From the NCBI GenBank assembly GCA_023213395.1, contig CM041465.1, positions 194,377,741 through 194,441,740 of the forward strand: a stretch of DNA of 64,000 nt. The letters are read 5' to 3'. The position numbers and the translations under genes are program-made. The stretch is from Cycas panzhihuaensis (taxonomy: Eukaryota; Plantae; Cycadophyta). The first letter of the stretch is position 1. Every line of letters starts with the position of its first letter. Shown here piece after piece: positions 25,701 to 39,100 of the stretch. The notes below the pieces were generated by a model that was given only the letters and a program-made list of their open reading frames with translations, was not told where the DNA came from and made no database searches.

Positions 25701-28700
25701 CAGAATAACTGAGAGGAATGATTTGTTTTTCTTGCCAAATGTTTCCTTCCTCTTCTGCTTCGATCTAAAAACAATGCTTTTCCTTTTCTAGAATTCTTTC
25801 CTTTAATTTTTGCAAAATTCCCTTAATGTGTTCGTTTTGATTAAAATACATAAAAGTCTGATAAAAATCTTCTACTATCACATCCCATTCTATCAGTTTC
25901 ATTTTTCCACAGGAATTATACCAGACAGTAGAAATTCCTTTAAAAGTCGCACCCCAATATTGAGTCTAATCTTTTTTTGGAATTTCCTCTGTTGTCCACT
26001 TCTGAACCCATTTTTTTACATGTAGGCAGGGGTCATCCCTATTCCAGAATAAAAGAACTTCATGTCTTTGAAATATAATCAAAAAAGTTTTACTCATTTC
26101 TTGCCAGGAATTGAAATTTTGTGCATGCACATCATACCAAAATCGAGCTTGTCCTATCAAAGAACAAGGAAACACAAGATACCAGAATTGTTGCTGCCAT
26201 TTATTCATCATTATTTTAATACATTGTTCCAAATGATTTTTCGCTTGTTTAGGACAACCATTTCATTTAGGCAATTCACAGAATATGGAAGCAATTTTCC
26301 CTTCCACATTCTTTTCTATTTGTAGTGACTCTAGTTGTATTTTTTTTTCGCCCTCTTCTTCTGAAGAATTCGCACAACATTCCAAATGATAGCACAAGGC
26401 TGATTCTATTTCCTCCCAGGCATTGTGAAGCCAATTCATAAGATGATGAAGGGCTATTTGGCAACGTGAGTTGTATTTGAAAGGTTGTTTCAAAACAAGG
26501 ACTTACTATAGATTCTGTGGTTGCTACTGTGGATGAAGCTCGACCTTCATCTTCAATCTTTTCTATCTTCGGTCCATCTGAGGATAAGGGAAAAGTCACT
26601 ATCTTTTCTCTTTCTGGGAGAGTGAATGTATGTCTCCCCCAATCTTGGATTGCCTTTGTAGCTAATAGCCAAGTCTTCCTAACAAGGTTGGATAAGTCTT
26701 CCTTTGATCCTGCATTCAAGCCACTGCAAAATCCAATAATACAGTTGCTTCTGCTATTGTTACTAGAACATTCAACAATGGGCCTTACTTGTAATTGATT
26801 GACTAATCTAATGGAATAATCTGGGGCAACCACATTGGGCCTTCCCAAGGCTATACATGAAAATTTCGGTAGTACATTCACTCTCGAGCCCCCATCCACA
26901 ACAGTTCTACATAAAGTTGTCCCGAAAATCATCATTGGAACCCTGGGGTCTACTGCCATGTCTTTTATGGCTCTAAGTACTGGTTTTTCAATTTGTTCTG
27001 GTACTAGTTGCTGGAAGTACCTCGCTTCCCACCACTTGAATACCATTGATATAGGAATTGATACTCTTAATTCAGTAAGTATATCCTTTACAGTTTATAA
27101 CCGTTGCCAAAGATTCATACCTTCTTGTGATTGCGTTGTTCTTCTTTTGTAATGCAGACCTTTAAATCTTTCTTGTTGTAACTCTTCCTATTGAACTTCC
27201 CCCATAGCATCTTGAAGGATTTTCACCGCTTCCTGCAATCGTTGCTTCTCCAATGTCGGGTCTAGGAAGTTATCTTGAGGAGGAGGAGGTCCCGTTGATT
27301 TGCCACTACGTGTTTGCAAATATGCTGACTTTTCCTAATCCAAGACCACATCTACCAAATTGGCATTCTTCACTTTGTTATTTTTTGGGCAATTTGCCCA
27401 TTCGTGGTCTAGCAGTCCACATTCATCATAGATGTATTCTCCTCCTTTCTTTTCTAATGGACATTCCAATCTGTAATGTCCCCATCTTTGACATCAAAGA
27501 CAACGAATAAGTCTGTTTTTTCCCTTGTATTGCTTTGAGATTCCCCGTTCAGTTCTTTGTGAATACACATTATGAACTTTGCCTTCATTGTTCTTGGGCC
27601 TGAAATAACATTCCCATGTATTATGATTATTTCTTCGGCAATTGTCACACCATTTTGTCAATCCTCCATGCTCATTTTACAAGTGTCATTGTTGATTGCA
27701 AGGTGGGGGACACCAAGTATTCTCCCTTGATTTTTCAAGGCGTAATCGTGACAACTCTGTGCGTAGCTTTTCCAACTCCTGATTTTGTTGCATATTGCTA
27801 GGGACAGAAACTGAAGGTTGTTGCTTCAATGCTTCCAACTCCTTCTGCAAGGCTTCGATTTCTGGGTTATTACCCATCTGTGACATTTGCATGGGTTGTG
27901 TTGTAATGCATGTTATCGGAAAATATGTTGAGGATTGCATTGCCATCTAGGAGTAGGCTAATTTCATCTGATTTTCAAACTTCAGCGCTAACTCCCTTAC
28001 TTGTTCATAGCTATTCATTGGATGCAGCATCACTTTATCTCTGAGCTATGGTCTCAATCCTTGTACGAAATACTTCATTGCTAACATAGGATTAATTGCT
28101 ATCGCAAACTGCATTTTATTCATAATAACTCTCATTCTTCCATCAAAATCGTTGACAGACTCCCCAGGATATTGTCAGATCTCTTCCAATGCCTGTAGAA
28201 TGGCTATTACATCTCTCAATTTTTTAAATCAATTCAAAAATTGCTCTTGCAATTGATCCAAATTTAATTGTTGTGTTGTTGTATATTGAAACCATGCAAA
28301 TGTTGTTCCTCTCAACGTCGAAAAGAAATGGGCTTTTATTTCTCCTAGATCCACAATTCTTTTGATTTGGATCATGTTCTTAAATAACACTGGATCGTCA
28401 CCTAGATCTGTGGTTCCATAGAATTGGAGGCTTGAAAACATTGAATCACTTTGCACAATGATATATGGGGTTGTGCTTGCTTGGTTTCCTCTGCCTGAGA
28501 CCCCACTTTGTCCTCCCACAGTTTACGTATTACTGGCCATTGCACCTCCCATACTACTAACTGGACTCGCCATTGGTAGTTTAAAAAGTGGATTTGTTAT
28601 ATGGCTTGGAGTTCGAATTTCCAACAAATGATGATTCCAAGCTTGTTCCACTACACTATATATTCCCAAATCAATGGAAGTCTCTTCTGTTGTTAATATT

Positions 28701-28979
28701 TCCTCTTTCTGCAAATTTTATCCATCCGTAGAATCTTGTTGATTATTTTCTTCAATATGTGTTGCTTGTACTTCTTTTACAAGATCCTCTTCTACTGCAC
28801 ACCTCTGATCAGTTTCTTCTTTTGCCTATGTCTCGACTATGTCTAGATTTTGCTCTTTTACTTCATCCTTATTTCTTGACTTCCACTTCCCTGTCGAGTG
28901 TGCAGATGGTTGCCTCTTCACCTGCTTCCTTGATGTGACTATAAATCTGGGTCTACGTATTCCAATTTGAACTCTCCTT

Positions 28980-31536
28980 TGGATGCACGGCCTACATGAA
29001 CATTCCTCATGAGCAAAGACGAAAATTCGACAACAAAAGTCTCAAATGCATCTTTGTTGGATATGCTCATAGCAGTAAAGCATATCGATTATTTGATCCC
29101 CTCACTAAAAAGATGCATACTTCACAAGACGTTGTCTTTCCAGAAGACAATCAGGAGATCGACATCAGCACTTTTCCTCTCTCCCTTAATAAATACAAAG
29201 CCATTCTTGAAGAATTTGTTCCTTCATCTTTCTCAACACCTTGTACTTCATCTGCACCAGCTGCTTCTTCTTCCTCCTCATCTTCCTTAGTTCCTTCATT
29301 GTGTCCTTCCCTTTCTTCTAAGGTACAGCAATCACCTCCATCACAGGACCATGAAGCCACATCGACGAAGAAGCTACCCCAATGGTACATGCAAACTATT
29401 GCAGAATCACAAATTATTGAAGGAAAACGACCATCCAAAATGCGGCCTTCTCCCACTGTCAATTACGCACTTATGGTTGAAGTGCTTATTGCTCCTGAGC
29501 CTTCCACTTTTGAGGAGGCATGTACAGACAAAAAGTGGCAAGTTGCCATGGATGATGAGATCCACTCCATTTATCAAAATGACACATGGGACTTGGTTGA
29601 GTTACCACCTGGCAAACAAGTCATCAGTTGTAAATGGATCTATAAAATCAAGTGTAAGTCTAATGGTACTATTGAGTGACATAAGGCTCGCCTTGTTGCT
29701 AAAGGCTTCAAACAGCAAGAAGGCATCGACTACACCGAGACATTTACACCAGTAGCCAATATGAATACCATCAGGATTGTTATGGCCTTAGCTGCACAAT
29801 GCAAGTGGCCATTATATCAGATGGATGTCAAAAGCGCCTTTCTCAACTGCGATTTGACTGAGGAGGTCTACCTGGAACAACCTCCTAGATATATTTCTAT
29901 TAGCAATGAACATCTTGTCTGTCACCTTAAAAAGGCCTTGTATGGTCTAAAACCAGCGCCACGTGCTTGGTATTCAAAGATCGATAACTACTTTTTGCAG
30001 CACAATTTTCATCGATCCACATCAGATTCAAACCTATATATCAAGATTCAAAACTAGCACATCACTTTAGTTGTTCTTTATGTTGATGATTTAATTATAA
30101 CAGGCAATGATGTAAATCTAGTTGAGCATCTCCAAAGGGACTTGAAAATAAGTTTTGAGATGACAGATCTCGGACTTCTTCACTATTTCCTTGGCATGGA
30201 AGTGTGGCAACAGCCAGGTCACATTTTCATTTCTCAAGCCAAGTATACATGGAACATTTTGCAGTGATTCAGAATGGAAGACTGCAAACCTTCACCAACA
30301 CCCATGGAGACAGGTATTAAATTGTCAATGAATGAAGAAGGAAAACCTGTTGATTCCACCCTTTTTAGGCAACTAGTGGGTAGTCCCATCTACTTAACTA
30401 ACACTAGACCTGACATTTCATATGCGGTTGGAATATGTTCCAGATATATGATCAACCCCAATCAGCGACACTGGAATGCTGCAAAACGCATCCTCATATA
30501 CCTCAAAGGTACTTTGCAGTATGGTCTTCAGTACACATGCAATGAGAACTTCGCACTGGAAGGGTTCTCAGATTCAGATTGGGCTGGATGCCAAGATAGC
30601 CGGAAATCCACCTCAGGTTATTGTTTCAACTTTGGGTCAACTATTGTTTCATGGAGTTGCAAAAAGCAACCAAATGTTACGCTTTCCTCCACTGAAGCAG
30701 AATACAAAGTTGTTGTCAACGCAGCATGTGAGGCTATTTGGCTCAGACGGATTCTTGAAGAACTTGGACTTGAGCAAACACTCCCAACACCATTGTATTA
30801 TGACAATCAGACTGTTATCAAGATTGCCGAGAATCTGGTATTTCACGCACGCACCAAGCATATTAAGGTCCATCACCATTTTATCAGAGAGCATGTACAG
30901 CAAGGTGAAATCGACCTCGTCTACAAGCCGACTGATCATCAGCTAGCCGACATCTTCACCAAACCACTTGGGAAAGAGAAGTTCAAGCATTTCAGAAGCG
31001 GCCTAGGCATTCGACTTAATGCTGTATCCATTCAGGGGGGGTGTTAGAACCTTCATTCCTAAGCATTAAATCTTGACCTTGTGTATTAGTATTTTTGTCA
31101 CTTTAGGCCCTTTATCCTAAAGTGTTCATTTGTTTGATTAAAAAATTGTCTTTTGTCTTGTAGTGACTTTTCTCACATGTGCTTGTGAGAAGTCAACTTT
31201 TGTGGGCTCTATCCTTATCCTTGGAGATAGAAGAGTCCTAATCAGATTTCTCTCTTAGTGTTGATCAGTGACGTGGAGAAATCTTGATCATCCAAACTCC
31301 TTTATAAGGAGCCCTATTCTCATGTTTTGGCATGTAGTATTTTGAGTAAGAGTTATGCTGCTGTAAGTGTCTCTTGTAGGTGGAATGGTGAGATGAATTC
31401 TCCTTCATACTTGTGTTTATGATAGGTTGAGTTGAAGTGCAATACTCCTCCCTATCATCTTTTGTGTTGTAGTACATCATTTCATTAATCTTAAGTGTAT
31501 AGTCCTTCATATTTCGATGTCCTCTCTAGCTTCTCA
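28980..31536 (+). mobile_element. 5'-truncated Ty1/copia: integrase tail, RT, RNase H, PPT and 3' LTR 31042-31536
   Basis: ORFs 28996..29679, 29761..30057 (QMDVKSAFL) and 30274..31047 (FSDSDWAG, ADIFTKPL); agggggg PPT before tgttagaa. Confidence 0.9.
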
Positions 31537-33153
31537 ATAGATTCTAGCACCTGTATCTTCTCCATTTCGTCTTTCACCAACAACAACTTGGGTCTTTTTT
31601 CCTCTGATAGTACATTTCCCGCTTTTAAAAAATATGCCCATCTATTGTTTATCTAGGTAACTAACAAAGAGTAAGTTTTTAGGCATGCCAAGAACTAGAA
31701 ACACTTTACCACAAGGAAATTTTTTAGTAGGGTTTTGATCATTTTCAATAGGAGCCACTTTGCCAACTCCTATAATTTTTATGGTAATATCATCCCCAAA
31801 AATCATTGTTTCGCCCTTGCCTTCATGAATATCAACAAGCAAATCAACATCGCTAATCATGTGACAAGACGCACCTAAATTGACAACCCATGTGTTGTCA
31901 TCTTGATAGTAACTAGAGGCACAAAATAGCCTTTCATTTCAATCATGTTGTGTTGTGTGGCTTTGATTGCCACTACAAAATATACCACATTGATTTCCAT
32001 GTGGGCCTTCACGACCTCCTCGAAAGCCACCCTGATTTGGTCCATGTGTGTGGTTACTGATTTTGTTACCACATGTTGTTCTGCTTATTCCTGCACTAAG
32101 GTTGTATATGGCCAATTTTCCCGCAATAGTGACGAGAGATTGTTTTAGGTTTGCCACCATTAAGATTGAGGTTCCAAATTTTTTTCTAAATGTTCTGCTA
32201 GGGTGTAAAGGGTTACTTACCCTTGTACTTGGCAGTGAAGGCACTTAATAGTCCTAGTTCTTCCAATCAAAGGTAGATCTACTCTTCCTAAAGTAAAAAT
32301 CCCTCCAACTCATTGAAAGTCATGGTGGACAACTTCTTGTTGCAGGAAAGGTTGGAGATGAATCCATTGTAGTCTTTTCGAAGACTATGGATTATTGTTG
32401 TGACCAAATCTTCATCAAATATTGGTTTACAAGGTGAAGCTAATTCATTGTGAATTGTTTTAACAGAAGACAAATATGCAACCATGGGTCCTGCATATGA
32501 CAAACTAAATAGCTTAGCTTTTAGCATTACAATTCGTGCATCATCTCTCATTTCATAAAATTAATCAATAATTTCCTAAACTTCCCTTGAATAAGCAATA
32601 AATTCAATATTTTGATCAACATTTTCACTAATAGATAAATGTAAAAAAGCCAGTGCAACCTCATTTATAACATTAAAAGTTGCAACTACAATAGGATTAG
32701 CGGAGATGCGATTGTTAGGATCCGTTGGGTTTAGTGTTGGTGCCAGTTTAACAATGGTGCCATTAACATAACTCCATAGTTCATTCATTATTATGAGGTT
32801 TTTGACTTGACTTCTCCATGCAAAAAAGTTTTCACTCTTAAGGAGTTTTATTGTGTTTGCATTTAGCATTGAGGTAACCATTTTTAAAAGTTAAATATTA
32901 TAACTAAAGTGAACTTAGAGACTTTCAAGTCACATAGCCTAAATGCCACTTGAAAAAACGAGATCAATACTAATCTATAAAGAAATCCAACAACTAAATA
33001 TTGAGAAGACATAGTGGAGGGTTTCACTTTAGGTCATCCAACCATGATCTACGAAAAATACAATAGTTGGCAAGTGTCAAATTAGCAAAAATTAAGGTAA
33101 GGCTAATCTACACAACATATTGTGCTTTGTTTGGTGTTCAAAGCACTGATAAC

Positions 33154-36100
33154 TATTAGGAGATAATGTTTTATCATGTAGTTAGTATATTTAATCATGA
33201 CATGTGTCATAATCTCAGAGGTTGGTTATTCACCAAGAACTGACCGTTACCAACCTCCTCTTGTATTTATGTGAAACATTCTCTCAATAACAACATGTTG
33301 AGTTTTCTCTCAAACCTGTCTGTCTCCTAATTCAAGTTAACATGGTATCAAAGCAGGGTCAGCCTCAACTGCTCTTGTAAAGGAGAAATCCCTATTGATA
33401 GAAGACTAGTCAAGGGTCTAAGAGGGAGACAAAGCAGGAAAGCATTCCAGCACTGATAAAGGCCATTAAATTACGTGTATGCAGGCATGCGGGCAGGAAT
33501 GCAGACGTCACATTTTCGAAGTTGTCACATCGTGACGAAATTTGGTGGGAAGGTAGATCGGAGCACGCCGTTTGAAGACATTCTCTTCTGCAACAAAGTC
33601 ATTTGAAGATGTTTTGAGGGTCAAACGAGGCTCAAACCAGTCCGTGCGGGATTGAGGGCAAAAGAGGACAGATCTCTTCGATTTTCATAAATACCTAGGT
33701 ATTTTCGGTCCTAAATCTTCTGTACAGTTGATACAAAGCATTTCGAACCGATTTTTTGCAAATCTTTTGAGTATTTTGATCAGAATCTTCAAAAACGACT
33801 TGATGCCCTAGTCGCCCAATTTTCCTTTCAGAGCCTGTTTTTTCCATTTGGAAAAGAATTTCGAAAATCCGTCTTCAGATCTAGATAGGCAGTAAAAAGA
33901 TCTATCTTTTGAGGTGTATTTTGTTCCCATCCGTACACCTAGGGTTTTGTACAGAAATCCGTACAGTTGTACGGTCAAGCCAGTTCTGTACCTTCTCTTC
34001 TTAGTAATAATGGTTGCTCCTTTGTTTGGTCTCTCTGAACAAAACAAACTCACTAAAACTAATTATCATATTTGGAAAATAAAGGTTGAGACATTGCGTA
34101 GGGCCCAAAATGCTTGGAACATTGCTCTTGGCGTTGAAGCCAAACCTAACAAGGCCAGTGCTACCCTTCCTGGATGGCTGGAGAGAGACAATGCCGATGT
34201 CATAATCCTCAAACTGTCAGTATCTAATTCATTGTTGGTCTATGTTGAAAAATTAACATCCACATTAAGCATATGGAGATGCTTTGAAAACTTGTTTGGC
34301 CAAAAAAATAAGGCTCGAATATTTGCATTAAAAGAGGATCTGTATAAGTTGAGTATGAAAGAACATGAGACAGTAACTGAATGTATACATATGATCACTT
34401 CAATTAGGAATAGACTTCTGAGCACAGGAGAAATCTCGCCTGAATCTGAACTTGTTCAGATGGTAGCAAACAAAGTGTCCAAGGCCTTTGATGTCACCAT
34501 CAATACCATCACGAATAATAATCAGATTGATGCTATGACCCTTGACGAATTGACTGGAATTTTGCTCAGACAGGAACAAAGGAATCGACGGTATGAAGAC
34601 TCAGCAGAGCTTGAAGATGTGTTTACCTCCAGATTAAACATGGGACCGCGAGGACGAAGTCAGATACGTGAAAGAGGAAGAACTCCAGACTTTAGAAGCG
34701 GTGCTTGTGGTCGACATTTGGACAACAGAGGGGCGAGGGGCAGTCGTGACTCCAAAATATGTTTCAACTGTGGTAGATCTGGACACTTTGCCAGTACCTA
34801 TAGAGCATTCGACATGTGTTACCATTGTGGGCAGACTGGACACTATCCCTATCAATGTTCTCAGAGAAGGACTGACATTCAGAGAGGGAAAAGACCAATA
34901 GGCAACTACAACAAAGAACAAATTGAAGAGGATGAAGAAGAAACGGCATTCGTAGCTACCTTATCAGCAGGTATAAAAGAAACTGACACCTGGTTTATTA
35001 ATTCTGGAGCTTCACGACACATGATAAATCATGAAGACTAGTTTGAATCCTTAAAACCCTGTAATGTCAATAAGTCAGTGGAATTAGGTGATAAGTACCC
35101 TCTAAAGGTCAAAGGAGTAGGTACCATTTCAATTTATGTACAAGGTAACACAAGGAAAATTGGCAATGTTCTGCTGGTTCCAAATTTAAAAATGAATCTC
35201 GTCTGTTTCACAACTTAGCAAAAAAGGGCTAAGAACGGTATTTGATGAAGATGGTATCTGTTTGATACTTGACATGAAAAATAATGGAGAAGCTATTGAC
35301 AAAGGCATAAGGAGTGACGACTTGTACAAATTGATCTCAGATCTGGTAATACCTAATATGAATCCAAAAGGTTGTACTGCTGTCAATTTTGATAATAAAG
35401 TGTGGCATTTGAAGTACGAGCATCTCCTAGTTGAAACATTAAGAAAAATGAAAAAATCTGAAATGGTGTATGGACTGCCTAATATTTCCTCACAAAATTG
35501 TGTGTGCAAAGGATGTCAATTTGGAAAAATTCAAAGATTGCCTTTCAAAAAAAGTAAATGGAGATCATCAAATAAATTAGAGTTAATTCACACAGACTTA
35601 TGTGGACTTCTTACACCACTTTCGATAAATGGTTGTAGGTATTTCATAACCTTTATTGATGATTTTGTTAAACCTCATGGTTTACCTTATGTTTATAATG
35701 TTAAGCTAATGTACTTTCTATTTTTGTATTATGTGTGCACTTTAATGCTCATGTGCACTTTTGTACTTTAGGTGTGACTTTATCACTTAAGTGATAAAGT
35801 ACACACCCACTTATAAACTAGTGACACAATGTTGTCACTTATGTAACTTGAGGGTCAAATGACCCCATTGCATTTTTGCTCACACAAAGAGCCTCCAAAG
35901 GGACACATGTCAATCATCCAAGGCATGTATCTTGGATGTTTGACACTTGTCAAACATCCAAGGCCTTCGGTCTCTCATCTCATTCTATATAATGAGACCT
36001 ATTCCTCATTGTTGCTCATTCAAGAGTTGGAGCTCATTGTCATTCTATCAGTTTGCTAATCAAGCTGAAGGCATTATTTGGTTGTTGGACAAATTCCAAC

Positions 36101-39100
36101 ACCTCATCTTGGGTATTGTGTTCTTGCTCCAAATTCTCCTTGAGTCTTTTGAATTCCTTTGAATTCTTTCTAGTTCTTTGTTACATTTGCGTAATGCATT
36201 TATGGTATTGTGCTTTCATTAAAGATTTTGGGACTAATGTGGCTTAATGCCCATTCTAACAATTGGTATCAGAGGCTTATGCCTTTTCAAGCTCATTTAG
36301 CACATTGTTTCATGCTAATAAAGCACTTTGAGCTTAATTAAAGTGTTCAAAAGGCATATTTACATTGTAAAGGTGAGAAACATCACCATCTAAGTTCATT
36401 TTTTGGCACCTTGCACGGTGACCTTGGCCTTCAAAAAGTTCAAAAAGGAAGGCTCAATTTGACATTTAATAAAATCACAATTTTTTGTTGGATTGTTGAG
36501 ACTACTTTTAAAGCCTCAACAACTGTTGCATGGAGTTTGTGTTGGCTTTGGAGCATTTTTTAGTACACTTTCCTAATGGCTTCTTCACTTCATCAGATTT
36601 GGAGGGTTAAAAGGAACCCATTTCTGTGATCTTCATCAAAGGTTCTTGCATCACTTTTTTCACTAAGTACTCAAAGTACTTAAATCATTGTACTCAAGCA
36701 TACAAAACACCTTACTTGGATCATAAAGCACTTAAAACTCATTTAATAAAAGTGCTCATTCTCTCATGTAATTGCTTCCTAAGAAGCATTCATTGTAAGC
36801 CAAAAGGCATAGCATCAAAATCCAAGTAAAAGGACTCTAAAAATTCACCTAAAATTTGTTTAAAAGTGAATTTAAAATCTGGCTGGAGAGGCTCGAAAAA
36901 GGTTGAATCCTTGCCTCTGCTACACTTAACCTTGGGTCAACTCAATAGCCGAAGTCCTCCACCTCTCTTCACTCCACCAGTTGTTGGAACTTCTTGTAAA
37001 ATCAGGACTGGTGGTGTTGTTTGAAGGTGGAACTTAAGCGACAAAGCTTTGAAGTCACCAAGTTATTTGTTAGCTCTTAATCAAGTGGAAAGATGGTCGC
37101 CATAAACATGCTCAATGCATGCACCATAAGGCTAACAGGCAATCAAATTATCAAGAATGGAAAAGAATTACAAAAATCTCTTAATAATGAATGAATTTTG
37201 GGGATATGTTTACGGAAGAATCCCCAATCACCACTGTGGATAATAATGAAATTCAAGTTGATGATGAACATGTTGCTGCATGGGAGGCCAAAGATGAAAT
37301 TGCTTTGGCATTTATTCGTATGGTTGTGGATGTACATGTAGATCAGAATATTTTTTCTGCAAAATCTTCTAAAGAAGCATGGGACACATTGTCCTCTTTG
37401 TATGAAAGGTGAGATGAAGCTCGCATTTTGATGATAAAAGCCAAATTGTATTCTATCAAATTTGCAAAGCCAATGTCGGCATTTTTGTCCTCCATTAAGG
37501 AGGTTTGTAATGAATTGAATACTTTAGGTAGTCCTGCTACAAGGGATGAAATCGTCGCATCCATCACAAAGGCATTGCCAAAGGACTACAACAGCTTTAT
37601 ATCATCAACTACACGAGATGGTTCACTAAAGGAGATGACATTCAATGAACTTGAAAGCTTATTGCTTCAAGAGGAACAAATTTATGCTAAGGATAATGAA
37701 GAACCATCTACAACAGGTGCTTTCACAGCAAAGGCAAAGGCAAATCAAAAATCCAAACCTGCATTCACAAAGCTGTTTGGAAACATGAACATTGGATCTT
37801 CTAAGTCCAATGTCATGTGTCATTATTATGGCAAACCTGGCCACATTGCACCTGATTGCAGAAAGAAGCAGGCGGATCTACGAAGACAACGGCGGCCGTA
37901 CGAGGACAAAGACAACAGCAGCCACGACAACAGTTTCAACAAAGATTCCAAATAGATCGTGAGAATCCCCTCGACCAAATCGAGGTGCCTATCGAGGAGG
38001 TCCAAGAGGAAGGGGGGGTCAAAGAGGTGGCTACCAACGCCACTTTAATCAGTTTGCCAATGAAGACAAACTGTTTTGCGCATACCAATCATCCAAGGTT
38101 GATAACACTTGGATCGTTGATTCAGGAGCTTCTCAACATATGACGGGGAGTGAAGAACTCCTATGCAACATCAAGGAAGGTAAAGGTCAAACAGTGACCT
38201 TTGGAAACAATGAATCAGTTGAGATTTCAGGAATAGGCACTATAGCTCCTTTTCATTCTTCACAAAATCCTTCCTCATCATTTCCCAACAGTGATGCCTA
38301 CTTCATTCCTTCCATGGAGAAGAATCTGCTATCTGTTAGCCAGTTGAACAAGCAACAGATGAGCGTACTATTCAAAAATGGGAAATGTATCATTTGTGAC
38401 AAAGATGACCAGATCATAGCTGTTGCCTATGAGGATCAAGGTCTTTATAAGTTGGATGCCAATAACATTACTCTTGATTCTGCTTACTCTGGTTCCACAT
38501 CTTTGTCGAAAATTCAATTATGGCATCAACGTCTAGGTCACTTAAGCCTAGACAATTTGAAGCAGATGATAAGCAAAAACATGGTGTATGGGCTTCCAAA
38601 GATGTATGGTTCAAAATGTCTTTGCGAAGCTTGCATAATGGGGACACAACACCGGTTGCCTTTTCCTAAAGGCAAAGCATGGCGTGCATCTTATCCTTTG
38701 CAATTAGTTCACTCTCAATCCTTTGGAGGAGCATTGTATTACATATCTTTCATTGATGACTTCTCTCACAAAGTCTGGGTCTACTTCCTAAAGCAAAAAT
38801 CGAGGCCTTCTCCAAGTTCAAAGAGTTTAAGGCGAAGTAGAAAATGAATCGCTACTCAATTAGCACATTAAGGTCGATAATGGAGGTGAATTCACTTCAA
38901 ATGAATTCAACCAATTTTGCAAGGATAATGGAATTGGAGACAACTCACGACTCCTCATACTCCTCAACAAAATGGAGTCTCCGAGGATGAATAGAACTTT
39001 GGCTAATAAAGCCGAAGCCATGATGCATGCAAAAGGGCTTCCATGAGCTTACTGGGCCGAAGCATTTCATACAGCTGCCTATGTGGCCAATCGAAGTCCT

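Larger units (their letters stand above)
18897..28975 (-). mobile_element. Large non-chromoviral Ty3/gypsy element, 5'-truncated and degenerate
   Basis: gag ~28700-27400; protease (VVDGGSRVNV) ~27046-26600; RT 25572-24690 (FIDGFNGYNQV, VFLDDW); RNase H 24601-24116 (FHVHVDA); integrase ~23974-22900; repeat array; extra ORF; PPT-like ctcccctccct at 19140-19150. 3' LTR limits are approximate. Confidence 0.88.

Noticed and set aside
33914-35041. Domesticated gag gene
   Set aside because: It lies within a complete TSD-flanked copia and ends at a premature TAG within the protease region.
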